Of a DNA stretch of 64,000 nt, positions 53,834 to 63,999 are shown one piece after another. The stretch is taken from the NCBI GenBank assembly GCA_963796105.1, contig CAWCKJ010000009.1:32001-96000 (forward strand), given 5' to 3'. A program made the translations under genes and the position numbers. The DNA comes from a candidate division FCPU426 bacterium. GTDB lineage: Bacteria; Oederibacteriota; Muellerivitia; Muellerivitales; Muellerivitaceae. Positions within the stretch are counted from its first letter, which is position 1. Every line of letters starts with the position of its first letter. Under the pieces are notes generated by a model that worked only from the letters and a program-made list of their open reading frames with translations, did no database searches and was not told the origin of the DNA.

Positions 53834-56095
53834 CTATCTTTTCGGGTCGGGGCCCATGTTAAAAACAATAGTTTTTCCATATATCAAGTCCTCCCATTTT
53901 AAATACGGATTTTTATAAGGGACTCCATCCATTAATACCGATTGGATATAAATATTCCGGTCCGAGTTATTATTTGTTTTAAGTAATAGTTTTCCCCCGT
54001 AATAAAAACTTTGATTGAGACTGATTTCGGCTTCCCTGAAAAGGGGACTGCCGATTTGGAAAATTCCGTTTCCAGGACACACTGGATAGAACCCCAGGGC
54101 TGAAAAGACATACCAAGCCGAAAGAACTCCGCTATCATCATTTCCTGGGATTCCATCTGGAGTCGGCTTAAAATATTTATCCATCAATTCCCTGATTTGT
54201 TTTTGTGTTTTCCAAGCTTCACCCGGGACTTCGTCAAAAAGATACGGCCAGAATAGGTCTGATTTTCGCGAGGGATCATAATGTCCTTTTTCAAAACATT
54301 CTTGGAGCCGTTTTATGAAATTCTCATCGCCTCCCAATGAAAGTTTCAAACCATCGATGTCCTGCGGAACAAAAAACAAATATTGCCAGGCGTTCCCTTT
54401 TGTATATCCCGGGCCCCCGCTGTTAGGCCGGTTTTTATCGCAACAGGTGGCTTGGGGATCAAAAGGGCTGGTCCAGGAACCATCTTGATTCTTGGGCCTC
54501 ACAAAGCCAGTGTACTGGTCGAAAAGATTCCGATATATTCCCGAGTCATGAATGTATTTCTCATAATCCTGGCTATTTTGGAGACTCCGGGCCATCTGAG
54601 CGAGGCACCAAAAATCATAGGAATACTCCAAACTTGCCGAAACTGAGCCCCACACCGGATCCCCTTTGTTGTCGTCTTGGGGAATATAACCAAAGCGGGT
54701 GATTGATTGAAGCCCGCTGTAAATTTTGTTGTTCTTCGGCGAGAGACTTTTCGTCATCGCGTCGTAGGCTGAGGAAACATCGAAATTTTTAATTCCCGCC
54801 AAATAAGTTCCCGCGATGACCGGAACCGAGGGGTCCCCGGCCATGGCGCCGGTTTCTATTCCAGCCAACTCGGCGCGGGGAAGCCATCCCCCTTCCTTGG
54901 ACATTTCAACCATACTTCTCACCATGTCCAGTTCCCGATCTGGGTAAAAGAGGGTGAGCAGGGGGTGAAGATCGCGGTAGGTGTTCCACAGGGAGAAATT
55001 GGTGTATCGAATATAATTTTTGTCCTTGGTTGATTTGACTTCTTGATTCTTCATGGAAGGATATTCACCGTTTACATCCGAAAAAACATTGGGATGGATG
55101 AGGCAATGGTATAAAGCCGTGTAAAAAACCTTCAATCTTTTCGGGTCGGATTTGCCAACCTTAATTTTGGATAATTCCATTTCCCAAGCCGACCGCGCCT
55201 TGGCCTTGACTTCCTCAAAATCCCAGTCCGGCATTTCGGTTTCCAAATTCATTCTGGCGTTCGCGGCGCTGACATAAGAAATTCCGACTTTCACTTCGAC
55301 CGGCTCCTTTTCCCCTGTGGAGAACCTAAAATAAGCTCCTATGTCCTTTCCCGTTTTTTCCCTATCATAATCGGGAAAATTATTTTTCCATGTCCCGAAT
55401 TCCTGGGCCGGTTTGCTGAACTTCATGAAAAAATAAATCGTTCTTTTATGGGCGGAACTGGGGCAGCAAAAGTTTCCATTTTGGGTATAACCCTCCGCCT
55501 CCGTGGGCGAGTCAATCCTCACGTGGGATTCAAATGAATTCTTCAAGGTGGCTGATTCGGAAGTTAATCCTGCTCCGATATCCAAAAGAATGTTGGAATT
55601 TCCTTTTCTCGCGGGAAAAATATATTGACTGTATCCCGCGCGGGCCGTGGCGGACATTTGGGCGAAAATATCATAGGTTTTCAAATAAACCGCGTAAGCT
55701 CCCGGAACAGCGCTTTCCGAGCCATATTCGGATTTCCAATCTTCCCTTGAGACCTTTAAATCCCCGGTTGTCGGCATGAGCACTATATTTCCCAACTCGG
55801 GATATTCGGAACCGCTTAAATGGATATGGCCAAATCCATAAACAAAAGGATTGCCGAATACATATCCGGATGAGGAATGAAGATCGGTATGGGGGCTGAC
55901 CGAAACCATACCCCATGGCGTCAGAGCTCCGGGGAAAGTGTTGCCTCCATTTGCCGTTCCAACAAAGGGATCAACGAAGTCTGAGGGACCGGACCATGAA
56001 ATTTTGGGGCAAAGGTTGATTAGGAGGAATACCAAGACCCCAAAAAGGTTCAATTTTAGCCAGCCGGTTTTAATGTTAGGAACGGATGAGATCAT
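53834..56095 (-). CDS. GH92 alpha-mannosidase-like protein with altered active site
   Basis: VDPFVGT..GNTFPGA, FYTALYH, SLEY and GNDDSG..SAWYVFSALGFYP. Likely start M49 (56095). Confidence 0.88.
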   Translation of the reverse strand: MISSVPNIKTGWLKLNLFGVLVFLLINLCPKISWSGPSDFVDPFVGTANGGNTFPGALTPWGMVSVSPHTDLHSSSGYVFGNPFVYGFGHIHLSGSEYPELGNIVLMPTTGDLKVSREDWKSEYGSESAVPGAYAVYLKTYDIFAQMSATARAGYSQYIFPARKGNSNILLDIGAGLTSESATLKNSFESHVRIDSPTEAEGYTQNGNFCCPSSAHKRTIYFFMKFSKPAQEFGTWKNNFPDYDREKTGKDIGAYFRFSTGEKEPVEVKVGISYVSAANARMNLETEMPDWDFEEVKAKARSAWEMELSKIKVGKSDPKRLKVFYTALYHCLIHPNVFSDVNGEYPSMKNQEVKSTKDKNYIRYTNFSLWNTYRDLHPLLTLFYPDRELDMVRSMVEMSKEGGWLPRAELAGIETGAMAGDPSVPVIAGTYLAGIKNFDVSSAYDAMTKSLSPKNNKIYSGLQSITRFGYIPQDDNKGDPVWGSVSASLEYSYDFWCLAQMARSLQNSQDYEKYIHDSGIYRNLFDQYTGFVRPKNQDGSWTSPFDPQATCCDKNRPNSGGPGYTKGNAWQYLFFVPQDIDGLKLSLGGDENFIKRLQECFEKGHYDPSRKSDLFWPYLFDEVPGEAWKTQKQIRELMDKYFKPTPDGIPGNDDSGVLSAWYVFSALGFYPVCPGNGIFQIGSPLFREAEISLNQSFYYGGKLLLKTNNNSDRNIYIQSVLMDGVPYKNPYLKWEDLIYGKTIVFNMGPDPKR

Positions 56096-56548
56096 CTCAT
56101 CGCCAATAAATAAACACCTGAGTATTTTACGTTTTTTGAAGCGAACATTAAAAGGCCTCCTTAAGAACAGACCTCTCTTTAAAATAATTGATTCCTGTTT
56201 CCTAGACTTCGTTGTTTCAAAACGATCAAAAGCAATCACATTTTGCCCGCATCCACCAGCGCTGGCATCTTTTCATACCTAACTGCCAAGGCCGTCCTAG
56301 TAAAGACCCCCAACCCACCGTCTGCGGGAATTCTTGAGATTTTGTTATTCTTGATACAAGACTTCCCCGTTTTATTTCAATGAATGAAAGCTTTTCATTA
56401 GAAGTTATCAGAATAAAACCTTAAAATACTTTCCTTGAATAAGATGTGTTTCTCGGGCATTTTTCAGTTTAATCTTCTCGAAGTTTCTGGAATTTAAATG
56501 GTAGCTGGAATTTTGGATTTCTTAGGATAAAAAAACTGGAGATAGAAA

Positions 56549-57565
56549 TTGTTCCTAATGCCCCAATTATCCTCTATACGCACCCGTTTCGGATACCCTT
56601 ATCATCAATGGATGACCCAGGAATTTAACGAAGAGGGCTGGAGGCTCGTGGAAAAAAGCATCCGTCAAAAGCGGGTCCATGACGTCACGCTGTTAATCGA
56701 GGGTATCGACGGCCGTTTTGCCATGATGAGCAAGCACAGCTACCCTCCCGGCATTTACCGTTCCCCGTCAGGAGGCATTAAGCCGAACGAGGATTTTGTG
56801 GCGGGAGCCCTCAGGGAAGCTAAGGAGGAAACAGGGCTGGATATTGCCCTCAAACGGTTCCTCCTGCAAATAACATTGGATATTAGTTTCGAGGGGGAAG
56901 TCGTCACCTGGAATTCCTTTGTTTTTCACGCCACCACCACGGACACCGAATTGCGGCATACGGATTTCAAGGAAGTCCGTGACACGAAATGGGCGACCCG
57001 CATCCAGGTCTTGGATTTGGCGACGCGGTTGAATGAAACCAAGAACGGTGGGTTGATTTATAGGGGGGAATTAACTTCCGCGTCCCTTTGGGCGATGGAT
57101 CATCCCTTGGTCATCCGCGAAGCGGGCCCTCGTGACTTCTACGGGATCGAAAAAAGCCTCGAGGCCAATCGGATGGAAATCCCAAAAATGGAGGATACCC
57201 TATGGTGGATCGCCGAGATCCAGGGTTTATCCTCCGGCACGGTGGGGATCACGGCCCATGAGGACTGCGTTGAATTAACAGGCTTGACCGTCGATCCGCT
57301 TTTCCGGGGCAAGGGTTTGGGGCATGCCATGACGGAGTACGCCTGCGATCAATGGCATGATTCGGAAAAAAGAAGGCGGTTTGCCGAAAAGAAAAAAATA
57401 TTTTTAAATGAGAAACTTTGGCTAGTGACCCAGATTCCAGGTTATTTCCTGCCGGTCAACTTTGTGATGACGGATAAGGAACTCCTGCCTCAAACCCTTC
57501 AAAACCAGCTGACCGGAGCCAGGGCGAAATGGCGCGGGATGCGCTACCAGCTCTATCGGATTTAG
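56549..57565 (+). CDS. NUDIX hydrolase-GNAT acetyltransferase fusion
   Basis: Nudix box GGIKPNE..ALREAKEETGL and GNAT motif A VDPLFRGKGLG. Confidence 0.85.
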   Translation: MFLMPQLSSIRTRFGYPYHQWMTQEFNEEGWRLVEKSIRQKRVHDVTLLIEGIDGRFAMMSKHSYPPGIYRSPSGGIKPNEDFVAGALREAKEETGLDIALKRFLLQITLDISFEGEVVTWNSFVFHATTTDTELRHTDFKEVRDTKWATRIQVLDLATRLNETKNGGLIYRGELTSASLWAMDHPLVIREAGPRDFYGIEKSLEANRMEIPKMEDTLWWIAEIQGLSSGTVGITAHEDCVELTGLTVDPLFRGKGLGHAMTEYACDQWHDSEKRRRFAEKKKIFLNEKLWLVTQIPGYFLPVNFVMTDKELLPQTLQNQLTGARAKWRGMRYQLYRI

Positions 57566-57645
57566 GCCATTACCTGGAAAGTGCAAGGTTGGCTGTTTCA
57601 CATTGGTTTCGAGAAATAAACCGGCTGCTTCCCACTGGAAAATTA

Positions 57646-58634
57646 CATGCCTATCCGAACAACGCTTGCGCAGTAATGGGTTTTGCCAAAGCGCAAGCGG
57701 TTAAGGCCCGGTGAAATAAGGAATCTGGGTCATGGCGACGATTGAACCGATAAGTATATTCGCTCAAGTATCCAGGCAGATATTTCACGTTGACTCCATG
57801 ATGGGTTCCTAGGATCCAAGCCTTGGCGTTGGAAATGAATCGGTGGACCCAAGGTAACCAGTGATTTAACACCACTGGGTCATTGGCTGTTACCTGGTAC
57901 TCCACATCCACGTTTTCCAAGTTTCTCAAGCTGGGACTGGCATCCGTGTTTATCATGGCGCCTTTCTGGATTGCTTGATCGACGAATGCTTGGGCTTCCC
58001 ACTTGGTTTCTGCGGTCACCTTTATCTTTGCAAAACCCGCTTTCTCTTTTTTGCGCCCTTTCTCATCTATCCATTCTTTGCTTTCAACCGCCACCAGCAC
58101 TTCAGCCTGGTTTTCCTTTTCTCTCTTGCCGAATACAGCCCCATCCAACTCAATGATTTCCTTGAGTTGGTAATTTTCATCCCTTTGTCGAAGACTTTCC
58201 CGAATCTTATGCAACATCCTCCAAACGGTATCGTAGGAGGGCATTCCCAATTGCCGCTGAAGTTCCAGGGCTGAAATGCCCCTTTTCCCTTGCATCACCA
58301 ATCCAATCATCCTCAACCAGGTTAAGATTGGGATTCTTGGATTTCCGGAAGATCGTTCCGGCTCGAAGCCGTATTTGCTTTCGACAATAGTCACATTCCC
58401 GCACTTCGGGGCGGTTTTTGTGTTGCCAGAAACTTTCTCCTTCACATTGTGGGCAAACAAAGTCTTTTCCGGCAAAACGGCTCTTCCACACCCATTGACG
58501 TGCCTTTTCTTCTGTATCGATTTCCTTGAAAATCTCAATCCCCTTCATCCGTTGGTAGTTCATAATTTGCCCCTCCAACAATGAGTATACTCCTGTATTC
58601 CTTTATTTCAACAGGTACCGTTTGGAGAGGCATT
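57646..58634 (-). mobile_element. IS1595-family insertion sequence (989 bp)
   Basis: Imperfect terminal IRs ATGCCTATCCGAAC / ATGCCTCTCCAAAC and an 8-bp direct repeat GAAAATTA at 57638-57645 and 58635-58642. Confidence 0.9.
57651..58563 (-). pseudogene. IS1595 transposase, frameshifted near 58335
   Basis: The Zn-ribbon CPQC..CDYC..AGTIF is in one frame; the HTH and ELDG/TDAS/WVH..YLSEYTYRFNRR are in another. Confidence 0.88.
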
Positions 58635-58675
58635 GAAAATTATCATTTTTTCCAGAAGCTATTCACTCATCTTTT

Positions 58676-59371
58676 TTACCCTAGCAGATCCAACGCGTCC
58701 TTCACGCTCATCAACTTGCAGGTGTAGATAGGGGTATCCCTGACGGTATATTTGGAGGATTCTGTTTCCCTGAGAGCCATGACCAAATCCAAAAAATCCT
58801 TGGGTTCATCTGTTTCGAATGCCACCACAAAGTCCTGGTCGTCCAAGCCAAAAGAATAGGTGGTATTCAGCTTCACGCTGGGATATAGGTTCCCCACCCG
58901 GATATGCTCATCCATCACTTTCTGCCTTTCCGCCTTGTCCAAGAGGTACCATTGGCGGGTTTTCACGAAGGGATAGACAAAAATGTATTTGAACCTGCCG
59001 GGAACAATGCTGCTTCGGGCTCCGTCCTGGCTAGGGTGCTGGTGTTTCTCGATATAAATGCTTCTTTTGGTCATGGATAGGTAGGACGCGGGGGTTTTCA
59101 AAAAAGGCCCCATGGTTGACTTGAACAGCGTCGAGTTCATCCGCTGGAAGCTGTCCAAATCATAGCTGATGCGCCAAAGCATCAAATCCACGTCGCTCCT
59201 GAAACCAACGGTGGAATAAGCCAGCAGGATTCCATCTTTTTGGTATGCCGCCGCGGTTTTCGCGAAAGATTTCTTCGCGGCCTCCCGTTTCGAAGAGGAC
59301 AAACCCCGGAACGCCTCCGCGACCTTGAAAAACGAGAAACTGACGAATTGTTGTTTGATCGGTTCATTCAT
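58676..59371 (-). CDS. Chlorite dismutase family, probable coproheme decarboxylase (ChdC/HemQ)
   Basis: YPFVK..WY, EHIRVG and SFGLDDQDFVVAFE. Start MNEPI after AGGAGG. Confidence 0.85.
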   Translation of the reverse strand: MNEPIKQQFVSFSFFKVAEAFRGLSSSKREAAKKSFAKTAAAYQKDGILLAYSTVGFRSDVDLMLWRISYDLDSFQRMNSTLFKSTMGPFLKTPASYLSMTKRSIYIEKHQHPSQDGARSSIVPGRFKYIFVYPFVKTRQWYLLDKAERQKVMDEHIRVGNLYPSVKLNTTYSFGLDDQDFVVAFETDEPKDFLDLVMALRETESSKYTVRDTPIYTCKLMSVKDALDLLG

Positions 59372-59493
59372 GGCGCTTTCCTCCTGATGGACGTCTGCGA
59401 ATCGGCCCGTATTGTAAGGCGCGATCCCCCCAAAAAGCAAAATCCTTGGACCATTCTTTCAACTCAGGTCATTACTCGGCGGTAACTTACTGG

Positions 59494-61620
59494 TTATTTA
59501 CCGTTCGAGTCAATTTTCAGGACCGCCGCCGGCGCGAAAGACTGGTTCATGGCTGGATTCAGGCTTTCAGAAACCTTCCAGAAACCTTTTTCATCCAGGC
59601 CGTTTTGGCCCGCGGAAAACTGCACCAGCGCCCCCTTTGCCCCTCGTCCCATAAACTTTTCAAGGTTCTGGAATTCATTGCGTTCATAGAATTCACCCTG
59701 GTACGATTCCCTTCCGTATGTACTTTTCAGCGCTTGTTTTTGAAGGCCCACCATCAGGCGGTAATTTCCAACTGGAAAATCGGAGGGAATAAATAGAATC
59801 CTTCTTTCGGAATAAAACCGGCCTTTTCCCATCCGGCTGAATGACAGCCCAAACGGCTCATGGATATCATGGAGCCAGAAGACGCCATTCTTCATCCAGT
59901 AGCCGCCTTTTTCATCCGTGAAGATCGCGAGCACGGACGATGTTCCCTCGGCTGTTTTTTCTTCTCCCCCCTGGAGCCCCCCCCTTCCCCAAAGGTAAGT
60001 GATCTCAACCATACCGCCTGGTTGGACTGTGGAAGGCCGCAAAGCCACGGCTTGCAATAATACATTTCCCCACTGGGCCAGTGGTTTCCCAATGGGAATG
60101 GTCTTTTCGGGCTGGGTAGTTCCCTGGCTGGCCACCTGGAGAAGCGGCCCCTTGGCCTCATAGGTCCATCCCGGCGGAAGATCCCACTTCCGGGTCACGT
60201 ACAGGGATCTTCCCTGGGTCAGGGCCTCCTTGATCAACCGCCCCATTTCATCAGGGTCGCTTCCCGGCTCGATCACCGTCACATCCTCCCGGAAGTGGAA
60301 CGATTGCTGCGTCCCAACGACGGGGAAATATTCGTTCTCCTCGGTTGGGACGTAAAGCGCTTTCGGGTCCATGATCGTCAGGAGATTTTTCGCGTAATCC
60401 TGGGCTCCCCTTCCATTCTTTCGCTCGGCCAGGTGCCGGATGGAACCAGCCTGTGTCACCAGCCATAGAACCAAAATAAAAAAAATAATGCTTGGGTGAT
60501 ACAACCTTGGTTTCACGCCGGAATTTTCCCCGTGACTTTTTTCGAACAAGCGGGACAAGCCGGCCGAGGCGAACAACCCGCTGAAGACCCAGCCCAGCAA
60601 AACCTGGTGGGATTCGAAAGTCGGGAAAGGAATGGTAAATACGAAAAGCGCCTCCATCAAACCCCAGCCCAAGGCGATCCACAAAAAAGCGGGGATGGTT
60701 TTCCTCCGGATCCAGGCCGTCACCAGGCCAAAAAGGATTAATCCGATCCCGATAGGAGTAAGATCCGTCCACAAATGTGATCCCATTTGCCTGAGAACCG
60801 GGAGAATATGGGACCCGGAACCGCCCCCGATATAATGTGAAAAGCGTAAGGCGAAAAGATGCCTCAGGAATGGAATGACCCTGGTCAGTTCCGTGTAAGC
60901 CATGGCCGGGTGAAGGGCGGATCTCAACGGAAGATAAAGAAAAGTGCTCTGGCCAAGGAAAAAAACCGAAATAACCCCCATCATCATCTTGGGAGATTTA
61001 AGGTTTTTCCCGCTACCGTCCAAGATAAAGGCCAAACCCAGGAACGGAAGGGCGAAATACTGGGTCGGCCTGAAAACCGTCGCCAACCCGGCAATGAAAA
61101 AAGCCAACAGCCATTTCGCGGGTTTTTCCAGGCTGACGGCCCAAAGAACCAGGAGTGCGAGCAGGAGATGGAGGGCGTACACAAGCGGGACCAGGGAATA
61201 GCGCCACCAGGGCAGGCTCAGGTTCCAAATGAGGGTTAAAGCGAAAAGCCATTTTTTGAGTTTCGAATAATATTTATCGCTATTTTCTAGGTCCGGCATG
61301 AGGAAACCGGAAATTCTCAGGCAGAGGTGCCAAAACAAAACGGAAGCGATTGAAGAGCAAAAAACAGACAGGAGGCCAAGTCGGAAAGCCGGTGTTCCAA
61401 ACGGCAAAAGAATGAAGATTTTTCCTAAAAGATGGAATAAAACCTGCCCGGAAGGGTGGGAAATTCCCAAGCAAAGGGTGGCCGCTACCATTTCACCCGA
61501 GTCATACCAGCCGATGAAAGGGGAAACTAAGAAAGCGTTGAGGATGAATAAAAAGAAAAAAAGGGCCGTGGGATGGATCCAGGTTTTATCTCTTCCGCCG
61601 CTTCCGGAATAGGCTCCCAT
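59494..61620 (-). CDS. DUF2723 (TMEM260-like) membrane glycosyltransferase
   Basis: DSGEM..LGISHPSG, YLPLRS and many TMs. Confidence 0.8.
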   Translation of the reverse strand: MGAYSGSGGRDKTWIHPTALFFFLFILNAFLVSPFIGWYDSGEMVAATLCLGISHPSGQVLFHLLGKIFILLPFGTPAFRLGLLSVFCSSIASVLFWHLCLRISGFLMPDLENSDKYYSKLKKWLFALTLIWNLSLPWWRYSLVPLVYALHLLLALLVLWAVSLEKPAKWLLAFFIAGLATVFRPTQYFALPFLGLAFILDGSGKNLKSPKMMMGVISVFFLGQSTFLYLPLRSALHPAMAYTELTRVIPFLRHLFALRFSHYIGGGSGSHILPVLRQMGSHLWTDLTPIGIGLILFGLVTAWIRRKTIPAFLWIALGWGLMEALFVFTIPFPTFESHQVLLGWVFSGLFASAGLSRLFEKSHGENSGVKPRLYHPSIIFFILVLWLVTQAGSIRHLAERKNGRGAQDYAKNLLTIMDPKALYVPTEENEYFPVVGTQQSFHFREDVTVIEPGSDPDEMGRLIKEALTQGRSLYVTRKWDLPPGWTYEAKGPLLQVASQGTTQPEKTIPIGKPLAQWGNVLLQAVALRPSTVQPGGMVEITYLWGRGGLQGGEEKTAEGTSSVLAIFTDEKGGYWMKNGVFWLHDIHEPFGLSFSRMGKGRFYSERRILFIPSDFPVGNYRLMVGLQKQALKSTYGRESYQGEFYERNEFQNLEKFMGRGAKGALVQFSAGQNGLDEKGFWKVSESLNPAMNQSFAPAAVLKIDSNGK

Positions 61621-62342
61621 CAGGAAGAACCCTTAAGCCTCTCGATGTTGGGCTCCACCCAGCCGGAAGGGTCCCCCATGTGGATGTTGAGAAGCATGTC
61701 ACGGGCCTCTTCATAGGCGTGAAGCGCCTCGTTTCTCCGCCCCATCGACTCCAGGATCTGGGCCTTTAATATGTATCCCGGGAGGAAATAAGGATACTTG
61801 TCCACGAGTTTCTGGGCGGGCTTGAGGGCTTCCCCGACATGGCCCATTTTGGCCAGGATGGAACCCAGGCTCAAATAATTATTCGGGAGTTCCGGACCTT
61901 TCTCCAACAGCTGCTTTTGGAGGTCCAGGGCTTGTTCCAAACGGCCCCGGAGAACCAGGCTTTGGATCTGATTTTCCCTCGGCTCGGAGGCGTAGGGGGA
62001 GCACTGGATGGCCCGCTGAAAATAACCGTCCGCCAACTCATAATATTTTTCCCGCTGGGAAAAGTTATCGGCCTTTCCGGCCCGCGCGTCCTCCACCGCC
62101 CCGAGGGTATTCCAAGGGTCCATGAAATTGGGGCGCCAGCGGAGGCTTTGCTGGGCGTCTATTTCCGCTTGGTCCAAGTCCCCCATCCTCTGGGCGAGGT
62201 TTCCCTTCAGGTCATATATTCTGGCGGCAAAATCCCTGAAGCCTCCCCATCCCAAAATCCAGGAAACCAGGATGAAAACAACCATGAGGGCGGTCCGAAA
62301 AACGGGGGGGATCATCCGGACATCCAGCTTGAACAAATCCAC
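61620..62342 (-). CDS. TM + TPR segment, probably the frameshifted C-terminus of the upstream O-antigen-ligase-like gene
   Basis: TPR repeats; overlaps the upstream ORF at an A7 tract. Confidence 0.7.
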   Translation of the reverse strand: MDLFKLDVRMIPPVFRTALMVVFILVSWILGWGGFRDFAARIYDLKGNLAQRMGDLDQAEIDAQQSLRWRPNFMDPWNTLGAVEDARAGKADNFSQREKYYELADGYFQRAIQCSPYASEPRENQIQSLVLRGRLEQALDLQKQLLEKGPELPNNYLSLGSILAKMGHVGEALKPAQKLVDKYPYFLPGYILKAQILESMGRRNEALHAYEEARDMLLNIHMGDPSGWVEPNIERLKGSS

Positions 62343-63598
62343 CTTTTTTTGTCGCCCAGGGCGTAAGCGGCAACCCCCAATAAAACCAGGCGGTGGGACC
62401 AGTCATGAAAGGTGAAATCGACCAAATTATGCAAAACCTCAAAGAGGATGAGGTAAAACGCCAATTCGGCCGTTCTCACCCCTTCCGCGGACCGCTCCAA
62501 AAGGGAGGTCTTGAGAAGAACGCTGGAAAATTCCCTTAATAAAACCCAAAGAAGCAGGAGGATTAAGGCCAGTGCCGGAAGGCCGCACTCAGCGGCCGAC
62601 TGGAGGAACTCATTATGGGCGAAGGGGTTGAAGACGTTCCAATACATGTCCGGACGGAAATAGGGATAGACATCCGCGAAGGTTCCGGGGCCGAATCCGA
62701 AAATCGGCTGGGCCTTGATCATGTGGAAACTGCTGTTCCATATGTCGATCCTGAAGTAGGACCTTGGGTCGGCGTTCTCCCCGTTTAAAAAACGGTTGAC
62801 CATCGCTGAAAGGCAAATCACCACGAAAAGCACCCCGGCCCCTGACCACAGCCACTGCTTGGTGTCCCAGCCGGAAATCCACTCCTCGATCTCCCTCATG
62901 TGCAATACCATGTAGGCGACCACGACCAATACCATCGCCGCAAGGGATCCCCGGCTTTCGGTCAAGCCCCAGGCGGCGGTCAGAAGCACCAGTCCGGCCC
63001 ATGGAAAAGGAACGCGGTTGATCTTGCGGTGCGCGCCCCAGAGAAGGGCCATTCCCAGGAATCCCGCCGCGATATTGGGGTTGGTAAAGGGTCCCTCCCG
63101 GGGAACGAATCTCGAGAAAGTGCCGAACCAGAACCAACGGCCCATGGTGGTGATGAGAAGCCAAGTCCCCGCCAAATAAGCCGTCCAAAAGAAAACACGC
63201 GCGAACCAGCCAAACAATTCCGGCCACCGCTTCCAAGCGATCCGCATGGAGAACCACCATAGGATCGAGGACAGGAAAGTCCTGAAGGCGCCGAAACTGT
63301 CGAAGGAGGTCATGGAATTTTTGGTGGAAAGGATGATCCAGCCTAAAAGCAGTAAAAATAAGAAATCAGGGGAATCCAGAGAAAGCGCGGCAGGGAAACG
63401 GCTCCGAAATAAATAAACAGCGGTGATCAGGATGAAAACGGCCGCGGAAATCCACCAGAGGGATAATTCCATCGGCAGCCAAACAAGCAGGGTTTCGTGC
63501 GGGATCAAAGTGACAGCCGGGAAAAGGATGAGAATGAGGAATCCCAGCAACCGGCCGCTAAAACCCAACAGGGATTTATTTTGTCCAGCCTCTATCAT
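62312..63598 (-). CDS. O-antigen ligase / O-oligosaccharyltransferase (Wzy_C) family
   Basis: GPFTNPN, TESRGS, R..IW, GFGPGTF and AHNEFLQ..AECG. Confidence 0.88.
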   Translation of the reverse strand: MIEAGQNKSLLGFSGRLLGFLILILFPAVTLIPHETLLVWLPMELSLWWISAAVFILITAVYLFRSRFPAALSLDSPDFLFLLLLGWIILSTKNSMTSFDSFGAFRTFLSSILWWFSMRIAWKRWPELFGWFARVFFWTAYLAGTWLLITTMGRWFWFGTFSRFVPREGPFTNPNIAAGFLGMALLWGAHRKINRVPFPWAGLVLLTAAWGLTESRGSLAAMVLVVVAYMVLHMREIEEWISGWDTKQWLWSGAGVLFVVICLSAMVNRFLNGENADPRSYFRIDIWNSSFHMIKAQPIFGFGPGTFADVYPYFRPDMYWNVFNPFAHNEFLQSAAECGLPALALILLLLWVLLREFSSVLLKTSLLERSAEGVRTAELAFYLILFEVLHNLVDFTFHDWSHRLVLLGVAAYALGDKKRWICSSWMSG

Positions 63599-63903
63599 CG
63601 ATTTAACCTTTTGTAGGTCGTTCCCTCGCGAAAGCGGTCAAGCCGCCAGAATCAGCCAGGGTATTCTTTCCGCAACTTCATCATCATAATCTAACAAGGG
63701 AAAAAAGTCCGTCAGAACCGGGTCTGGAAACAAACGGGGCTGGGGAGAGGCGGAATCTCGAGGTAATGGCGGGGGTGAAAAAGGCGCTGGATGAAAGCTA
63801 CCGATAAGCCCTCGGCGGGTCACCCAGGCCGCCCCAGGGGCGGGGCAATGGCTTCGCGTTCCCCGCCCAAGTTGGCCGGTTTAAAACCCTGGAGTGGCTT
63901 CAG

Positions 63904-63999
63904 TTAAAACTCGATCCCCACCCCGGCGTTGATGTTTTGAAGGCCGTAATTCGTCAAACCCAATTTCCCCTGGTATTGCACGTAGGCCCCCAAGGAAGG
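63904..63999 (-). CDS. C-terminus of an outer-membrane beta-barrel (autotransporter-like), truncated by window edge
   Basis: PSLGAYVQYQGKLGLTNYGLQNINAGVGIEF-stop: alternating strands and a terminal Phe. Confidence 0.65.
   Translation of the reverse strand, partial: PSLGAYVQYQGKLGLTNYGLQNINAGVGIEF

Noticed and set aside
58676..59371. True chlorite dismutase / perchlorate respiration
   Set aside because: The YPFVK motif, lack of a signal peptide and absence of pcr/clr genes favour a ChdC-like heme biosynthesis role.
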